A stretch of DNA of 64,000 bases from Candidatus Spongiisociaceae bacterium (GTDB lineage Bacteria; Actinomycetota; Acidimicrobiia; Spongiisociales; Spongiisociaceae): positions 2,784,001-2,848,000 of the forward strand of contig CBDCOH010000002.1 in assembly GCA_965219685.1 (NCBI GenBank), given 5' to 3'. Shown here piece by piece: positions 37,929 to 48,494 of the stretch. How positions within the stretch are numbered: the stretch's first letter is position 1; every line of letters begins with the position of its first letter. The notes under the pieces were generated by a model. It had not been told where the DNA came from. It was given only the letters and a program-made list of their open reading frames with translations, and did no database searches. A program made the translations under genes and the position numbers.

Positions 37929-39236
37929 CTAGGGGCCGACGGCGAACTCGCAGTAGCGGTCGACCTGGTCCGCAGGCAGCCGGACGCTCACCAGGGTCCC
38001 GTCCGCCGTGTGGTCCTCGGCGAGCACCTCCGCCTCGCGGCGGAGCCTGCCCAGCACCTGCCCCCTCGTGTAGGGGACGAGCAAATCGATCTGTTTCGAG
38101 TCGAGGGCCAGATGATCGGCGAGACGGTCCGTCAACTCGTCGATACCCGTTCCCTCTAGGGCGGACACGATCACCGCTTCCGGGTAGAGACCCCGCAACC
38201 GGGAGGCGGTGGGATCATGCGCCAGGTCCGCCTTGTTCAGGACGAGTATCTCCGGAAGGTGTCCGGCGCCGATGGAGTCCAGCACCTCCCTGACCGCTGC
38301 GACCTGCTCGGGCGCCGAGGGTTCCGATGCGTCCACGACATGGACCAGGAAATCGGCCTCCGATGTCTCCAGCAGCGTCGAACGGAAGGCCTCGACGAGT
38401 TGGTGGGGAAGGCGGCGGACGAATCCGACGGTATCCGAAAGGAGCAGCAGGCGACCGTTGGGGAGCTCGAAGCGCCGCGTCGTGGAGTCCAATGTCGAGA
38501 ACAGCCGGTCCTCGGTGCGCACACCGGCGCCCGTGAGAGCGTTCATGAGGGTGGACTTGCCGGCATTCGTGTATCCCACCAGTGACGCAGACGGGATGGC
38601 CTTGCCGGTCCTGGACTTGCGCTGGCCCTCCCTTGCCTGATGAACCTGCGCCAGCAGCTTGTCCAGATTCGAGATCCTGCGCATGATGCGGCGGCGATCG
38701 GTCTCCAGCTTCGTCTCCCCGGGACCGCGGGTGCCGATGCCTCCGCCGAGCCGGCTCAACTCGATGCCCTTGCCCCGCAGGCGGGGCAGGCGGTAGCGGA
38801 GCAGGGCGAGTTCGACCTGGAGCATCCCCTCCCGGCTGGTGGCGTGCTGGGCGAATATGTCGAGGATCACGGCCACCCGGTCCACCACGTCACACTCGAA
38901 CAGCTCCTGGAGGTTGCGCTGCTGCCCGGGAGCGAGGCTGTTGTCGAACACGACCACGTCCACATCGAGCCGGACGGCGTCCTGAGCCAATGCCTCCGCC
39001 TGTCCCGGTCCCACGAAGGTGGCCGGATGGGGCGACCGGCGCTTGAGAACCACCGTCGCGACCGGCGTCGATCCCGCCGTATCGGTCAGCAGCCGGAGTT
39101 CGTCCATCGAACGGCCAACGCCGCCGGGACCGGTCCCGTCCAGTTCGACACCGACCAGCAAAGCCTTCTGGCGCGCGACTTCGAGGTCGGTGACCGTGGC
39201 GGTGAGGCGACGGGCGCGACGTCCGTCAGCTGTCAT
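37929..39236 (-). CDS. hflX: GTPase HflX
   Basis: GPGETKLE, VGYTNAGKST, LFSTLD, DTVGF and NKAD motifs. Confidence 0.96.
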   Translation of the reverse strand: MTADGRRARRLTATVTDLEVARQKALLVGVELDGTGPGGVGRSMDELRLLTDTAGSTPVATVVLKRRSPHPATFVGPGQAEALAQDAVRLDVDVVVFDNSLAPGQQRNLQELFECDVVDRVAVILDIFAQHATSREGMLQVELALLRYRLPRLRGKGIELSRLGGGIGTRGPGETKLETDRRRIMRRISNLDKLLAQVHQAREGQRKSRTGKAIPSASLVGYTNAGKSTLMNALTGAGVRTEDRLFSTLDSTTRRFELPNGRLLLLSDTVGFVRRLPHQLVEAFRSTLLETSEADFLVHVVDASEPSAPEQVAAVREVLDSIGAGHLPEILVLNKADLAHDPTASRLRGLYPEAVIVSALEGTGIDELTDRLADHLALDSKQIDLLVPYTRGQVLGRLRREAEVLAEDHTADGTLVSVRLPADQVDRYCEFAVGP

Positions 39237-39319
39237 GACCGGGGTCCTTCAGCGGTTGCCGGGATCCGTCCGTCCCGGTTGGTAAGAGGCATGGAGGCGA
39301 AGCCGTGTCAGGACGCCTA

Positions 39320-39631
39320 TCAGAGATAGGAGTTCTCGCCGGCGTGGGAATCCTCCTGCTCCTCGGCGATGATCTGCGATTCGCGGACCGCTACCGCCAG
39401 CCGATTGTTCTCCGGCCAGAGGAAACGCCAAGCGCCCGTCGGGACCGCCCAGAAGCGCAGGCCGGTGTGGATGTCTACCAGCGACAGCGCGTCGTTGGTG
39501 GACTCGGTGCCGGCCGGGACCAGCAGCCCCGAGCGCGTCGCCGACTCCTCCATCAAGTGACCGACCCGCCACCCGGGCAGGATCCGGTAACCGTTCGAAT
39601 CGATGATGTGTTCGTTTCTCGTGGAATCCAT
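39320..39631 (-). CDS. Hypothetical protein
   Basis: 103-aa ORF with plausible composition, upstream of hflX. Confidence 0.55.
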   Translation of the reverse strand: MDSTRNEHIIDSNGYRILPGWRVGHLMEESATRSGLLVPAGTESTNDALSLVDIHTGLRFWAVPTGAWRFLWPENNRLAVAVRESQIIAEEQEDSHAGENSYL

Positions 39632-39807
39632 GTTTCAAATCGTCTGGTCGCATGAGGGTAGCCGCCTCCGAAGGCGAACCATCCGCTCGGTTGACGCACC
39701 GCGCTGGTAGGCGTACCGCGAGCAGCCGACCCCAGGCGGGCCACCGCCAGACCGCAACTGCGTGCCCCGCTGATGGGAGCTCGCTGACGGGCGTTATCCT
39801 TGGCCAT

Positions 39808-39899
39808 GGAGGCGAACGAGCGCCTGGTGGGCTCCCTGGTCTTCAAAACCAGTGGGGGTACGAGAGTGCCCCGGCGGGTTCGATTCCCGTCCGCCTCCG
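39808..39899 (+). tRNA. selC: tRNA-Sec (anticodon UCA)
   Basis: Acceptor GGAGGCG/CGCCTCC, anticodon arm CTGGT-CTTCAAA-ACCAG, long variable arm, T arm GCGGG-TTCGATT-CCCGT. CCA is not encoded. A TATCCT -10 lies just upstream. Confidence 0.93.
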
Positions 39900-40385
39900 C
39901 TATTATTAGGATTTTTCTCATGTTAGAGTGGATTGTAGTGTGTTGCTCTTGATAGTGTTACACACAAGGCCCAGCGGATTTCTGGTTTGGCGGGGTGACT
40001 TCCGCAACCGAACCCGTTTCGGCCTGACGCACCAAGATCGGCCGACAGAAACGCCACCGACCTGCCATCAGCCAACAGGTCCCAGGGATTGCGGCAGACT
40101 CGAGGCGGACACCGGTAAGGCAAAGTGCCCCTTTACGGGCAGTACACCGCCCGACTTGAGTATCCCGACTCCACGAAAGGGGCGACCGTCAGCGTCCACC
40201 GACACTGGGCAACTCCACGACTCGGTCCCAGAGGTCGCGGGAACTGCGTGCTTGTCATGGGCGAGCAACGAGATCGGCGAAAGGACACTCGGTTGGAAGG
40301 CGACGACCTTGGGACAGCCCAATCCGATCCCACCAGAACAGCTTCAACAAATCGGAGTCCAATCTTGACGGCCTCCTCCAAGCCA

Positions 40386-40945
40386 TCAGTTGGGCTTGGT
40401 GACATCGATCACGATCACCGAGATCTTGTGTAGCTCGTCGGTTGTCAGCTCCTCCTGGAGTTGTCGGGCCAACTCTTCCGGGGTGTCGGGTCGTTGACCG
40501 TTGGGGGGTCTTGTGGTTTCGCCGGCTCCGAACCATAGGACGAGGTATATCCCGTACCCGGATGTGGCCGGATCGGTCGTGTACCGGCCGATGAGTTGGC
40601 TGCGCAGGGCACTCCACAGGTCGCGGTGCTTGTCCTTCTTGATCTCGGTTGGAACGTTGAACCCTTGGAAGGTCGTGCGGATATCGGCTCGCTTGTCTGC
40701 TGCGTAGCGACCCTAAGGTGCTGCGTCAACCTCTCGGGGGTAGGCGTTCCTTGAGACTCTCGAGAAGCGCGTCACGACAGGAGTCTTCCCGCTTGCCATT
40801 GGTCAGGCGACCATAGGAGTCTTCGTTCCAGAGCTGCCTCCAGGGGTTGGTGTTGTCACCTCGCACATGGTCCGCGAGGTCCCTGAGCCGGTCGCGGAGA
40901 AGGGCAGCTAGGTCAGCCGGGTTCGCGGGAGCTCGGTTGCCGAGA
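40386..40945 (-). pseudogene. Remnant C-terminal nuclease-like domain of a large NACHT/STAND-type protein
   Basis: PANPADLAALLRDRL...WNED...EDSCRDALL / EVDAAP*GRYAADKRADI...EIKKDKHRDLWSALRSQLIGRY...GYGIYLVLWFG, with one frameshift and one in-frame TAG. Confidence 0.65.
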
Positions 40946-41367
40946 CCATGGGGACCAAGAACTCATGGACTGCCGTAACCGCTGGAATCCCACCAACTAT
41001 GCAATCCGAGCGCCTTCTTAGATGCGGCTTCAACATTTGGCTCCGAATCCCCGGCATTCGAGTCACACCCGGGTGTAGGCTGAGGTACGGCGGAGACATG
41101 GGTGACAGCCGATGCGCAGCCCACGACCTCAAGAATTGGGCACGGCCGCTACGACGCTTCAACAGAGGGTACTCCTTCTGCCCGAAGAGTTCGGTGGCCG
41201 GAATGGCATCCGCCCACTCCGCCATACCGTGTTCGCCGACGCTCGAATTGCGAGCATCCGGCCCGATACCGAATGTGAGCGGGTAGCTCTAACGGAAGCC
41301 TATGTCGACGCATTCGGCTACTCACTGGCTACTCACTTTGGGGTGGAGAGCGAAAGGACGCCGTAAG

Positions 41368-42324
41368 TTGATCTCGTACGTGAACGGGGACTACGTCACG
41401 AAGCCTGTGATCTCGGTCTTCGATCGGGGTTTCGTTATCGGAGACGGCGTTTACGACTCAGCCCGAACCTTTGGTGGCAAGATCTTCAAGCTTGATCAGC
41501 ATCTTCAACGGTTGAGCCGATCGATGCGTTACATCGAGATCGATGCGGATCGCTATGCCGCGGAAATCCGCGGAGCTACGGAAGGGGTGGTTGCTCGTAA
41601 CAGGGAGGATATCCTCTCAGTGGGCGATGTGTGGGTGATCCAGATCGTCACCCGCGGATTGCTCGAGGATGCCGGCGAGTCCGGGTTCGGACTTGACGAG
41701 GAACCTGATACGCCGTTCCGCCCGACCATCGTTGTGATCGTTAGGCCGCTGAACTTCAAGGCTTTCGGGCTCCTGTACCGGGACGGCGTGGACCTCGGCG
41801 TCTCGCTCCTGACCCGAGCCATGAGCGGTCCCCTCGATCCACGCGTCAAGTCGACCGGCAAGCTCGCCTATTCGCGTGCCGAACGGAAGGCTGCCCGGAT
41901 GAGCAGGGGGCATGCTCTCGGCGCGAAAGCATGGACCGTGCTATTCCACGATGACGGTTCGATCGCAGAGGCATCCGGGGCGAACATATGTGCCGTCGTC
42001 GGTGACCGCCTCGTGCGCCCGCCCCGCCACTACGCGCTCGAAGGCGTCAGCATCGAGACCGTTTGCGAGTTGGCGCAGGACCAGGGCCTGTCGATCGAAG
42101 AGCGACCTATCACCGTCTACGACCTAGTCAATGCCGACGAGACGATGCTGACCTCGACGAGTTTCTCTGTTCTTCCGATCGTCAGTATCGACGGGATTCC
42201 ACTTCCCGGAGGAGGCACCGTCTACTCGAAGACATTGGAACTGTGGAAAGACATGGTCGGTTTCGACTTCGTTAAGCAGGCCCAGGACGTGGCAAGAGGG
42301 ATCGGTGGGAGCACAGCCGGATAA
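41368..42324 (+). CDS. Class IV PLP aminotransferase-like enzyme
   Basis: DRGFVIGDGVYD, HLQRL, RVKS, EASGAN and LEGV motifs. Confidence 0.88.
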   Translation: MISYVNGDYVTKPVISVFDRGFVIGDGVYDSARTFGGKIFKLDQHLQRLSRSMRYIEIDADRYAAEIRGATEGVVARNREDILSVGDVWVIQIVTRGLLEDAGESGFGLDEEPDTPFRPTIVVIVRPLNFKAFGLLYRDGVDLGVSLLTRAMSGPLDPRVKSTGKLAYSRAERKAARMSRGHALGAKAWTVLFHDDGSIAEASGANICAVVGDRLVRPPRHYALEGVSIETVCELAQDQGLSIEERPITVYDLVNADETMLTSTSFSVLPIVSIDGIPLPGGGTVYSKTLELWKDMVGFDFVKQAQDVARGIGGSTAG

Positions 42325-42367
42325 GGCATCGACACCCGACATGGGTGACACCAGCGGAGGTAATGAG

Positions 42368-44104
42368 ATGCAGACAGCAACAAGGAGAGGGACGTGGATC
42401 AGAACGAAGAGCATGCTGTGGCTGGCTGCTACAGTCCTGTTCTTCGCGGCCTGCGGGGACGATGACGGCGAAGCGGCTACAACCACCGTCGCTCCTACCA
42501 CGCAACCCACCGAACAGACGACGCAGCCACCGGAGCAGACGACCCAAGCCCCGGTAACTACGGCAACTCCCGAACAGACGGCCCAAGCTCCTGAGGAGAT
42601 GCAGCCGTTCATCATCGTGGTTCCGGGAGACATCGAGAATCTGGACGGTATGGGAACGTACACCCAGTTCGCCGCCCAAGTCTGGTTCCACACCCACGGA
42701 CGGCTGATGCGCTTCAAGGAGTTTCCGTCACCCACGGCGCCCGGGCAGATAGTGCTGGACAAGAACATAGCCGAACCCGAACTCGCCGAGTCCCTCGTGA
42801 CGGAGGACTTCCAAACGTGGGACTTGACTCTCCGGGAAGGACTCGTGTTCCCGAGTGGAAACCCCCTGACCACCGACGACGTCATCTATTCGTTCGACCG
42901 GGCTATCTCTCTGGCCGGATCCCCCGGATTCCTGCTCAACACAGCCGGGATAACGGATGTCGGCCAGTTAGAGAAGATCGACGACACCCGGCTCCGGATC
43001 ACCGTGCCCAAGCCGAACAACCGGCTGCCGAGGATTTTCGCCCTGGTCGACGTGGTCGTCATGGACTCCCAACTCCTGAGCGACAACGCCACCGATGACG
43101 ATCCGTGGGCAACCGAGTGGGCCATCAGCAATCACGCGGGATACGGGCGCTACGTGGTGAAACAGTGGGAACCGGGTAGCCGTATCGTGCTGTCGCCGAA
43201 TCCCGACTGGTTCGAGGGCCCGCCCGAGACCGGCGACCTCGTATTTCAGGTGGTTCCAACCGAAGCGAATCGGTTGCTACTCCTCCAGCGCGGCGAGGCC
43301 GACGTCGCAACGTTCATGACCCCGCGGACGGCCGTCGGGATCGACCCGGATGATCCGGACGTGGCGGCCCTGAGGTTCCCGTCCGACTTCGTGAATACGG
43401 TGACGGTGAACCATGGCGTCGAGCCTTTCGACAACGTCCTCGTTCGCCGCGCCATGGCCTACGCGATCAACTATGACCAGATCAGGGAGGAGGGCTGGTT
43501 CGGATTGGCGACGCCCCCGTCGAGCCCGGTCATTCCGGGCTACGAGGGCCACGAGGCCGTCTGGGACTACACCTACGACCCGGACAGGGCAAGACAGTTG
43601 CTCGCCGAGGCGGGATTCCCGGACGGATTCGACACGCGGATGCTCTACTCGCCGGAAGAGGACCCGAGCCACGAAGCCTTAGCCGTCATGATTCAGGGCC
43701 AGCTGGGCGACGCGGGTATCAGGGTGACCCTCGAGCCGGTCACCGGCGGCCAGTTCTTCACGCTGTTCTACGGTGAACGCGACTTCGATATCGCCCTCAA
43801 GTTCTGCGGCATCTGGGTGTCGGAATACTGGTACTCGAGCAACCTGATGCTGGCCACGAACGGCTTCTGCAGCGGTACCTACAGCAATCCCAGCGTCGAC
43901 GAGGCCATTGCGGCACTCGAAACGGAGACCGACCCGGAGACGGCCCAGGCACTGGCAACCCAGGTACAGGAGCAGTTCGCCGAGGATGCCGGGTATGTCC
44001 TCATCGGACAGCCGGACTTCATCGTCATGGCCAGAAAGGGCGTGTCCGGCGTTATCTACCCAGTGCAGGACGGCACGGCGATCTTCTGGGGCCTCACCCG
44101 GTAG
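42368..44104 (+). CDS. Opp/Dpp family 5 ABC substrate-binding lipoprotein
   Basis: Lipobox AAC, Thr/Gln/Pro-rich linker, VRRAMAYAIN, YDPDRARQLLAEAG. Confidence 0.9.
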   Translation: MQTATRRGTWIRTKSMLWLAATVLFFAACGDDDGEAATTTVAPTTQPTEQTTQPPEQTTQAPVTTATPEQTAQAPEEMQPFIIVVPGDIENLDGMGTYTQFAAQVWFHTHGRLMRFKEFPSPTAPGQIVLDKNIAEPELAESLVTEDFQTWDLTLREGLVFPSGNPLTTDDVIYSFDRAISLAGSPGFLLNTAGITDVGQLEKIDDTRLRITVPKPNNRLPRIFALVDVVVMDSQLLSDNATDDDPWATEWAISNHAGYGRYVVKQWEPGSRIVLSPNPDWFEGPPETGDLVFQVVPTEANRLLLLQRGEADVATFMTPRTAVGIDPDDPDVAALRFPSDFVNTVTVNHGVEPFDNVLVRRAMAYAINYDQIREEGWFGLATPPSSPVIPGYEGHEAVWDYTYDPDRARQLLAEAGFPDGFDTRMLYSPEEDPSHEALAVMIQGQLGDAGIRVTLEPVTGGQFFTLFYGERDFDIALKFCGIWVSEYWYSSNLMLATNGFCSGTYSNPSVDEAIAALETETDPETAQALATQVQEQFAEDAGYVLIGQPDFIVMARKGVSGVIYPVQDGTAIFWGLTR

Positions 44105-44153
44105 CTGTGATCCCGTACCGGTTGCGGGCAATGCCCCGGGAGCACCCGGCCAG

Positions 44154-45161
44154 GTGACCAGGTACATCCTGAGGAGAGTGGCGGCGTCGCTCCTGCTGAT
44201 CGTCGCCGTGACCACGGTCACCTTCGTGATGCAACGCGTCCTCCCGATCGATCCGGTCGAGTCTTTGGTGGGGCCGATACGGACCGAGGAGCGACTGCAG
44301 GCCCTCCGGGAGCAACTCGGTCTCGACCAGCCTCTTGCCCGCCAGTACGCGAATTACATGTCGGGGCTCGCGAGGGGCGACCTGGGGCAAGCCTGGCACA
44401 CGGGCCAGCCCGTGACCTCGGACCTCGCGTCCCGGTTTGCGGCGTCCCTCGAACTAGGGGCGGTTGCGTTAGTCATCGGCGTTCCGCTCGGAGTGGTGCT
44501 CGGGGTCGTCTCCGCCCGACGGAGGGACACAGTGGGGGACTACGCCGTGAGGGGCGTCTCGCTGTCGTTCATCGCTCTGCCAGAGTTCCTGGTCGCGCTC
44601 CTCGCCGTCTATGTCTTCTTCTACCTGTTCGGTGTAGCCCCACCTCCCATCGGTCGGCTCGGCGCGACGGTGCTGCAGCCGCACCAGGTCACCGGCCTGT
44701 ACCTCGTGGACAGCGTCCTCGAGCGGAACTGGACGGCTTTCCGTTCGGCCGCGGGTCACCTCGCCCTCCCGGCGTTGACGCTGGCGATGGTGCTGATGAG
44801 CTACTTCGCCCGGTTCACCCGCGCATCGATGTTGGAGGTCCTGAATTCGGACTTCGTGCTGGCGGCGCGGTCGCTGGGACTTCGCGAAAGGACCATCGTC
44901 TACCGTTATGCTCTCAAGACGGCGATGCTTCCCATCGTGTCGGTTCTCGGGATCGCCATTGGGGCTGCATTGGGCGGCCTCGTCGTCATCGAGCTCGTAT
45001 TCGCGTGGCCCGGCCTCGGCCGGTACGCAGTCGACTCGGCCAAGCTCAATGACCTGGCGGCGGTCCAGGGCTTCATGCTTCTCTCCGTCGCCGTGTACGC
45101 GGTGGTCAACCTGGGAGTGGACATCCTCCAGGCCGCCTTCGACCCACGGATCCGTTACTAG
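44154..45161 (+). CDS. Opp/Dpp ABC permease B
   Basis: GLDQPL, RASMLEVL and IELVFAWPGLG motifs. Confidence 0.9.
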   Translation: MTRYILRRVAASLLLIVAVTTVTFVMQRVLPIDPVESLVGPIRTEERLQALREQLGLDQPLARQYANYMSGLARGDLGQAWHTGQPVTSDLASRFAASLELGAVALVIGVPLGVVLGVVSARRRDTVGDYAVRGVSLSFIALPEFLVALLAVYVFFYLFGVAPPPIGRLGATVLQPHQVTGLYLVDSVLERNWTAFRSAAGHLALPALTLAMVLMSYFARFTRASMLEVLNSDFVLAARSLGLRERTIVYRYALKTAMLPIVSVLGIAIGAALGGLVVIELVFAWPGLGRYAVDSAKLNDLAAVQGFMLLSVAVYAVVNLGVDILQAAFDPRIRY

Positions 45162-46021
45162 TGGCCGACCGCATGGGCAACCAGGCGCGGGTAGGCTCAC
45201 CCGGGATCCTATCTCGATGGAGACGACTCCCATCGCTCTACATCGGAGCAGGCCTGGTCGGCGCGATCGTGGTCGTATCGGCCGTTGCCCCCGTCTTCAT
45301 CGGTTTCGGCGCGACCGAGCGCGTTGGCGCCCTGCTGGCCGGCCCGAGCCTTTCCCATCCCTTCGGCACGGACGTGAACAGCATGGACGTGATGGCCCGA
45401 ACTCTTCACGCCGGGCGGTACGACCTCGGGGTTGCTACGGCGGGAGCCCTGCTGGCGATGGCAGTCGGAGTCGCGGTCGGCGCGACCGCGGGCTTCGCCG
45501 GAGGCATCATCGACGAGATCATCAGCCGGGTCGTCGAGGGTATCCAGGCCTTCCCGCCTCTCGTCCTAGCTCTCGGGCTCGTCGCCGCGGTGGGGTCTTC
45601 CACACCGGTTCTCATCGGAGTGATCGCGGTGGTGCAGTCCGTCTACTACGTGCGGGTCATGCGTGCTCAGGTGCTCTCCATTCGAGAGCGGGACTACGTG
45701 CGGGCGGCACGCGCCATCGGCTTGCCGCGCCGACGAATCATCATGCGGCACATCGTGCCGAACGGAATCGGCCCCGTCATCGTCCAGGTGAGCTTGAACA
45801 TCGGCGTGGCAGTGCTGCTCATCTCCGCGCTGAGCTTCATCGGCCTGGGCGCTCCACCGCCGACCCCGGAGTGGGGTGCGATGATCGCGGCCGGCCTCAA
45901 AGTAACCATCACCGGCGAGTGGTGGGTGTGGACGTTTCCCGGAGCGATGCTGTTCGCAACCGTGGTCGGCTTCAACATCCTCGGAGACGGTCTCCGCGAT
46001 GTCCTGGATCCGAGGACGTGA
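45161..46021 (+). CDS. Opp/Dpp ABC permease C
   Basis: HPFGTD, LSFIGLG, PEWG and GDGLRDVLDP motifs. Confidence 0.9.
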   Translation: MADRMGNQARVGSPGILSRWRRLPSLYIGAGLVGAIVVVSAVAPVFIGFGATERVGALLAGPSLSHPFGTDVNSMDVMARTLHAGRYDLGVATAGALLAMAVGVAVGATAGFAGGIIDEIISRVVEGIQAFPPLVLALGLVAAVGSSTPVLIGVIAVVQSVYYVRVMRAQVLSIRERDYVRAARAIGLPRRRIIMRHIVPNGIGPVIVQVSLNIGVAVLLISALSFIGLGAPPPTPEWGAMIAAGLKVTITGEWWVWTFPGAMLFATVVGFNILGDGLRDVLDPRT

Positions 46022-47007
46022 TGCATACCGACCGGGCGCCGATCCTCAGGGTGCGCGATCTGAGAGTCAACCTCTCCCACCGGGGCCGGGCCGGGCTTCC
46101 GGTAGCCGGATTCGACCTCGACGTATCGCAAGGCGAGGTGGTCGGAATCATCGGCGAGACGGGCGCTGGCAAGAGCCTGGCGGCCCGGGCGATCACGATG
46201 CTTCTCCCGAGGGGTGCACGGATCGTCGGGGGTGAGATCCTCTTCGAGGGACACAGCCTTATCCGACTGGACCGCGAGCAAATGCGCCGGATGCGCGGCA
46301 GCCGGATCGGGATGATCTTCCAGAATCCCCGCGAGAGCCTGGTTCCGGTCCACACGATCGAGCGCCAGCTCCGGCTCGTGCTCAGGAAGCCGGCGGGACG
46401 CCACGACCGGACCTCGCGACCATACGAAGAGGGCGTCGCCGAATACCGTCGCCTCCTCGGCGTGCTCGGTCTGCACGAGCCCGAACGGGTCCTGAAGAGC
46501 TACCCGCACCAGCTCAGTGGAGGTATGGCCCAGAGGGTCTTCATCGCTCTGGTCCTGGCGGGAGACCCGGACCTCCTGATCGCCGACGAGCCCGCGACCG
46601 GGCTGGACGCGGCCACCCAGGCGCAACTGCTCCTCGAGTTCGGCGAGTTGATCCGCGAGAGGGACAAGACAGCCATCATCATCACCCACGACCTGAGTTC
46701 GATCATCGACGTGTGCGATAGCCTCGCCGTAATGTATGCTGGCCGGGTCGTCGAGCGTGGGGCTGTCAACCAAGTCCTGGCCACCCCGCAACATCCGTAC
46801 ACGATTGGGTTGCTGGCCTCCGCGAACCTATCGGACGAGGCCACGAGAACGGAGTACATCCCCGGAACGCCGCCGAGCCCGTTCGCGCCGGTGGCAGGAT
46901 GTCCTTTCAACCCGCGCTGTCCAGAGGTGTTCGACAGGTGCCGGGACTCCGAACCGCAACCCGTAGTGTCAGACGGTCGCTACGTCAGGTGCCACCTCCA
47001 TGGCTGA
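46021..47007 (+). CDS. Opp/Dpp ABC ATP-binding protein D
   Basis: GETGAGKS, YPHQLSGG, ADEP, HPYT and a Cys-rich tail. Confidence 0.92.
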   Translation: MHTDRAPILRVRDLRVNLSHRGRAGLPVAGFDLDVSQGEVVGIIGETGAGKSLAARAITMLLPRGARIVGGEILFEGHSLIRLDREQMRRMRGSRIGMIFQNPRESLVPVHTIERQLRLVLRKPAGRHDRTSRPYEEGVAEYRRLLGVLGLHEPERVLKSYPHQLSGGMAQRVFIALVLAGDPDLLIADEPATGLDAATQAQLLLEFGELIRERDKTAIIITHDLSSIIDVCDSLAVMYAGRVVERGAVNQVLATPQHPYTIGLLASANLSDEATRTEYIPGTPPSPFAPVAGCPFNPRCPEVFDRCRDSEPQPVVSDGRYVRCHLHG

Positions 47008-48019
47008 ACTCCTCACCGTCGAAGGATTGAGCAAGACCTTCGCCGGCGCGGGGACGTTCTGGGCGAAGCGCGGCACGATCGGCGCGGTGAGGGACGTCTC
47101 GCTCACCCTCTCCCGCGGCGAAGTCCTGGCGATCGTCGGTGAGAGCGGGAGCGGGAAGACCACCCTCGGCCTGTGCGTGATGCGCCTTATCAGGCCGTCC
47201 TCCGGTGTCGTTCGTTTCGAAGGGGTCAACACGCTCCGGCTGCGCGGTAACGCGCTGCGAGACTTCCGGCGCAACGCCCAGATCGTGTTCCAGAACCCCC
47301 AAGCCTCGCTCAACCCGCGCATGCGCGTCGCTTCGATCATCGGTGAGCCGGCGAAGTTCCACGACGGTCTCCGACACCAGCCGCTGAAGGACCGGGTTGC
47401 GGAGTTGATGCACTCCGTCGGCCTCGACGAGGCCGAGGCACGGAAGTACCCCCATGAACTCAGCGGTGGGCAGCAACAACGTGTCTCGATCGCACGCGCT
47501 CTCGCATCGAGGCCACGGCTGCTGGTCCTGGACGAGCCGACATCCGCACTCGATGCTTCCGTGCAGGGGCAGATCATCGGGCTTCTCAACGAGTTGCGGG
47601 AGCGTCACCGTCTCGGCTACCTGCTGATCTCGCACGACCTCCGTCTGGTGCGCGGGAACTCTGACCGGACGGCCGTCATGTACCAGGGCACGCTCACCGA
47701 GGTAGGCCCGACCGAGGAGATGTTCCGCCGGCCTATGCATCCGTACATGCGCCTGCTCCGGCACACGATGCCCTCGGTAGCCGGAGCAGCACTGCGGCGG
47801 ATCGCGACCGGGCACCTCGTCAGGACTGCAGAACCGGTGGACACCGGTTGTGTCTTCCGACGCCGCTGCCCGACGGCCAGGCCGCGATGCGCCGACGCGC
47901 AGATGCTCGACGCGACACAAGCACACTCGGCAGCATGTTGGCGGGCCGGGACACCTGACTTCGAAGAAGAATGGTGCCGGGTCATGAATCCGGCTTCCGC
48001 CGTCATCGGTTCCGATTGA
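47000..48019 (+). CDS. Opp/Dpp ABC ATP-binding protein F
   Basis: GESGSGKT, YPHELSGGQQQR and DEPTSALD motifs. Confidence 0.92.
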   Translation: MAELLTVEGLSKTFAGAGTFWAKRGTIGAVRDVSLTLSRGEVLAIVGESGSGKTTLGLCVMRLIRPSSGVVRFEGVNTLRLRGNALRDFRRNAQIVFQNPQASLNPRMRVASIIGEPAKFHDGLRHQPLKDRVAELMHSVGLDEAEARKYPHELSGGQQQRVSIARALASRPRLLVLDEPTSALDASVQGQIIGLLNELRERHRLGYLLISHDLRLVRGNSDRTAVMYQGTLTEVGPTEEMFRRPMHPYMRLLRHTMPSVAGAALRRIATGHLVRTAEPVDTGCVFRRRCPTARPRCADAQMLDATQAHSAACWRAGTPDFEEEWCRVMNPASAVIGSD

Positions 48020-48071
48020 CATAGAAGAACATATAGAAGGACACGAAGGGACACGGAAGGAGGAAGAACCC

Positions 48072-48428
48072 GTGGACGGCTTGGCAATCGTTACGCCCAT
48101 TGACACCGATGACTACGAGGATATGCCGCTGGAGGGCCACGTCGTGTCAGGCGACCCGCAGGCCAAGGTGCACTGGATCCGTAGGGAACGCTCGGGGCTC
48201 GGCATGTTGCAAACGGGCCTGTTCATCGCCCAGCCCTCCGTCTGTCGTTGGGTGTTCGAGGGCGACGAAACCATCTACGTCATCGAGGGCGAGGTTCGCA
48301 TCGATTTCGTCGAGTCCGGTGAGAGCGTCGAACTCGTTGCAGGCGACATCGGATCGTTCCCGAAGGGGGTGGATGCGATCTGGACGTTCAAGAAGCCGTT
48401 CAAGGAATTCTTCGTGCTCTGCGGGTGA
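48072..48428 (+). CDS. Cupin (DUF861/EutQ-like) protein
   Basis: ETIYVIEGEV...GDIGSFPKG...W. Confidence 0.82.
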   Translation: MDGLAIVTPIDTDDYEDMPLEGHVVSGDPQAKVHWIRRERSGLGMLQTGLFIAQPSVCRWVFEGDETIYVIEGEVRIDFVESGESVELVAGDIGSFPKGVDAIWTFKKPFKEFFVLCG

Positions 48429-48437
48429 GGACAAGAG

Positions 48438-48473
48438 CCCGTCCTCGAAGGTCCCGCGGCCTTCGAGGACGGG
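48438..48473. terminator. Long intergenic hairpin (terminator or mRNA stabiliser)
   Basis: CCCGTCCTCGAAGG...CCTTCGAGGACGGG. Confidence 0.55.
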
Positions 48474-48494
48474 AAGCGACAGAGGAGAGATGCC

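Noticed and set aside
39928-40368. 146-aa ORF right after the tRNA
   Set aside because: No recognisable motifs or RBS; probably degraded sequence.
44908-46020. Apparent 699-aa ABC ATPase with a long N-terminal extension
   Set aside because: The extension is an off-frame overlap with the permease; the real start is the ATG at 46021.
48426-48473. TGA plus hairpin as a second SECIS
   Set aside because: The cupin ends at its normal length, and the long perfect stem looks like an intergenic terminator or stabiliser.
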